In this document: one piece after another, positions 63,739 to 64,000 of the stretch
Position numbering within the stretch: the first letter of the stretch is position 1
How the letters are laid out: every line of letters begins with the position of its first letter
Source of the DNA: a virus
Direction: 5' to 3' (one strand)
IMG/VR virus record: IMGVR_UViG_3300033186_000010
Location: 1-64,000 of that record
Length of the DNA stretch: 64,000 bases
The notes under the pieces: generated by a model
The model's database searches: none
What the model saw: the letters and a program-made list of their open reading frames with translations, nothing else
What the model was told of the DNA's origin: nothing
Program-made: the position numbers and the translations under genes

Positions 63739-64000
63739 TATGAATACAGCAGAGGAAACTACCAAAGTAAAACTTACCACAAAGGGTAAAAAATTAAACC
63801 AACAGATTAATGGGCCCAAAACTCGTAGGGATTATTCCAAACTAAAATCCTTGCTAGGGTATGGGGAATGGTCGGAATTACCTAGTAATACTAGAATAGA
63901 GGCCAGGGTATTAATCGGTAAAGCCTCACGAGAAGAGGAGGTACCGGAAAGTAAAATGCTGACCAAGTTCATTAAAAAAGGTTTAATCGAGGTAATCCCT
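63739..64000 (+). CDS. hypothetical protein, 5' partial (runs off the window)
   Basis: Hand translation from the ATG at 63739 (MNTAEETTKVKLTTKGKKLNQQ...) stays open to the window end. Confidence 0.4.

Overview
The window is one contiguous segment of a large (more than 63 kb) contractile-tailed dsDNA phage genome. No integrase, repressor or host housekeeping gene is visible.

The host is probably a Bacteroidetes (Flavobacteriia-like) bacterium. Three things support this:
- Genes lack Shine-Dalgarno sequences.
- Several intergenic regions carry the Bacteroidetes -7 box TAnnTTTG.
- BACON-like and PKD domains are present.

Layout:
- 1-1060: a very AT-rich two-gene cassette with its own promoter and terminators.
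- 1077-1460: a repeat-dense non-coding region.
- 1475-4713, minus strand: an accessory operon with a DnaJ-type zinc-finger mini-ORF, a MazG-like fusion and small membrane proteins.
- 4844-6339: a C5 DNA methyltransferase and a DUF5675-like protein.
- 6340-6600: an AT-rich, GATC-clustered intergenic hub.
- 6602-35142: the morphogenesis module. Order is TerL, portal, protease/scaffold, decoration, major capsid, connector proteins, sheath, tube, chaperone, tape measure, LysM gpX-like, hub, gpV, gpW/gp25, gpJ, gpI, fibers.
- 35139-35783, minus strand: a sigma-like gene.
- 35976-53791: the replication, nucleotide-metabolism and recombination module. It holds a DnaB-like helicase, primase, SF2 helicase, two thymidylate-synthase-fold proteins, several all-alpha NTP pyrophosphatases, a GroES-like protein, family A polymerase, a kinase, gp32-like SSB, RecA/UvsX-like protein, FEN, Mre11/Rad50-like proteins and a resolvase-like nuclease.
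- 53788-55486: a NusG-like protein plus an HTH regulator pair.
- 55.5-64 kb: a mosaic of short promoter/terminator-bounded units. These include a hyper-acidic protein, a tRNA-like gene with an expanded anticodon loop, a Lys-rich protein, a KTSC protein, a glucosaminidase-type endolysin and a DenV-like glycosylase.

Most interesting leads:
- A candidate DNA base-replacement or hypermodification gene set embedded in the replisome genes.
- The aberrant tRNA-like gene with a structured RNA downstream.
- GATC/TGATC-rich repeat regions that share an 11-bp box.
- Phage-specific promoter and leader motifs.

All functional calls come from reading motifs by eye. No database search was run.
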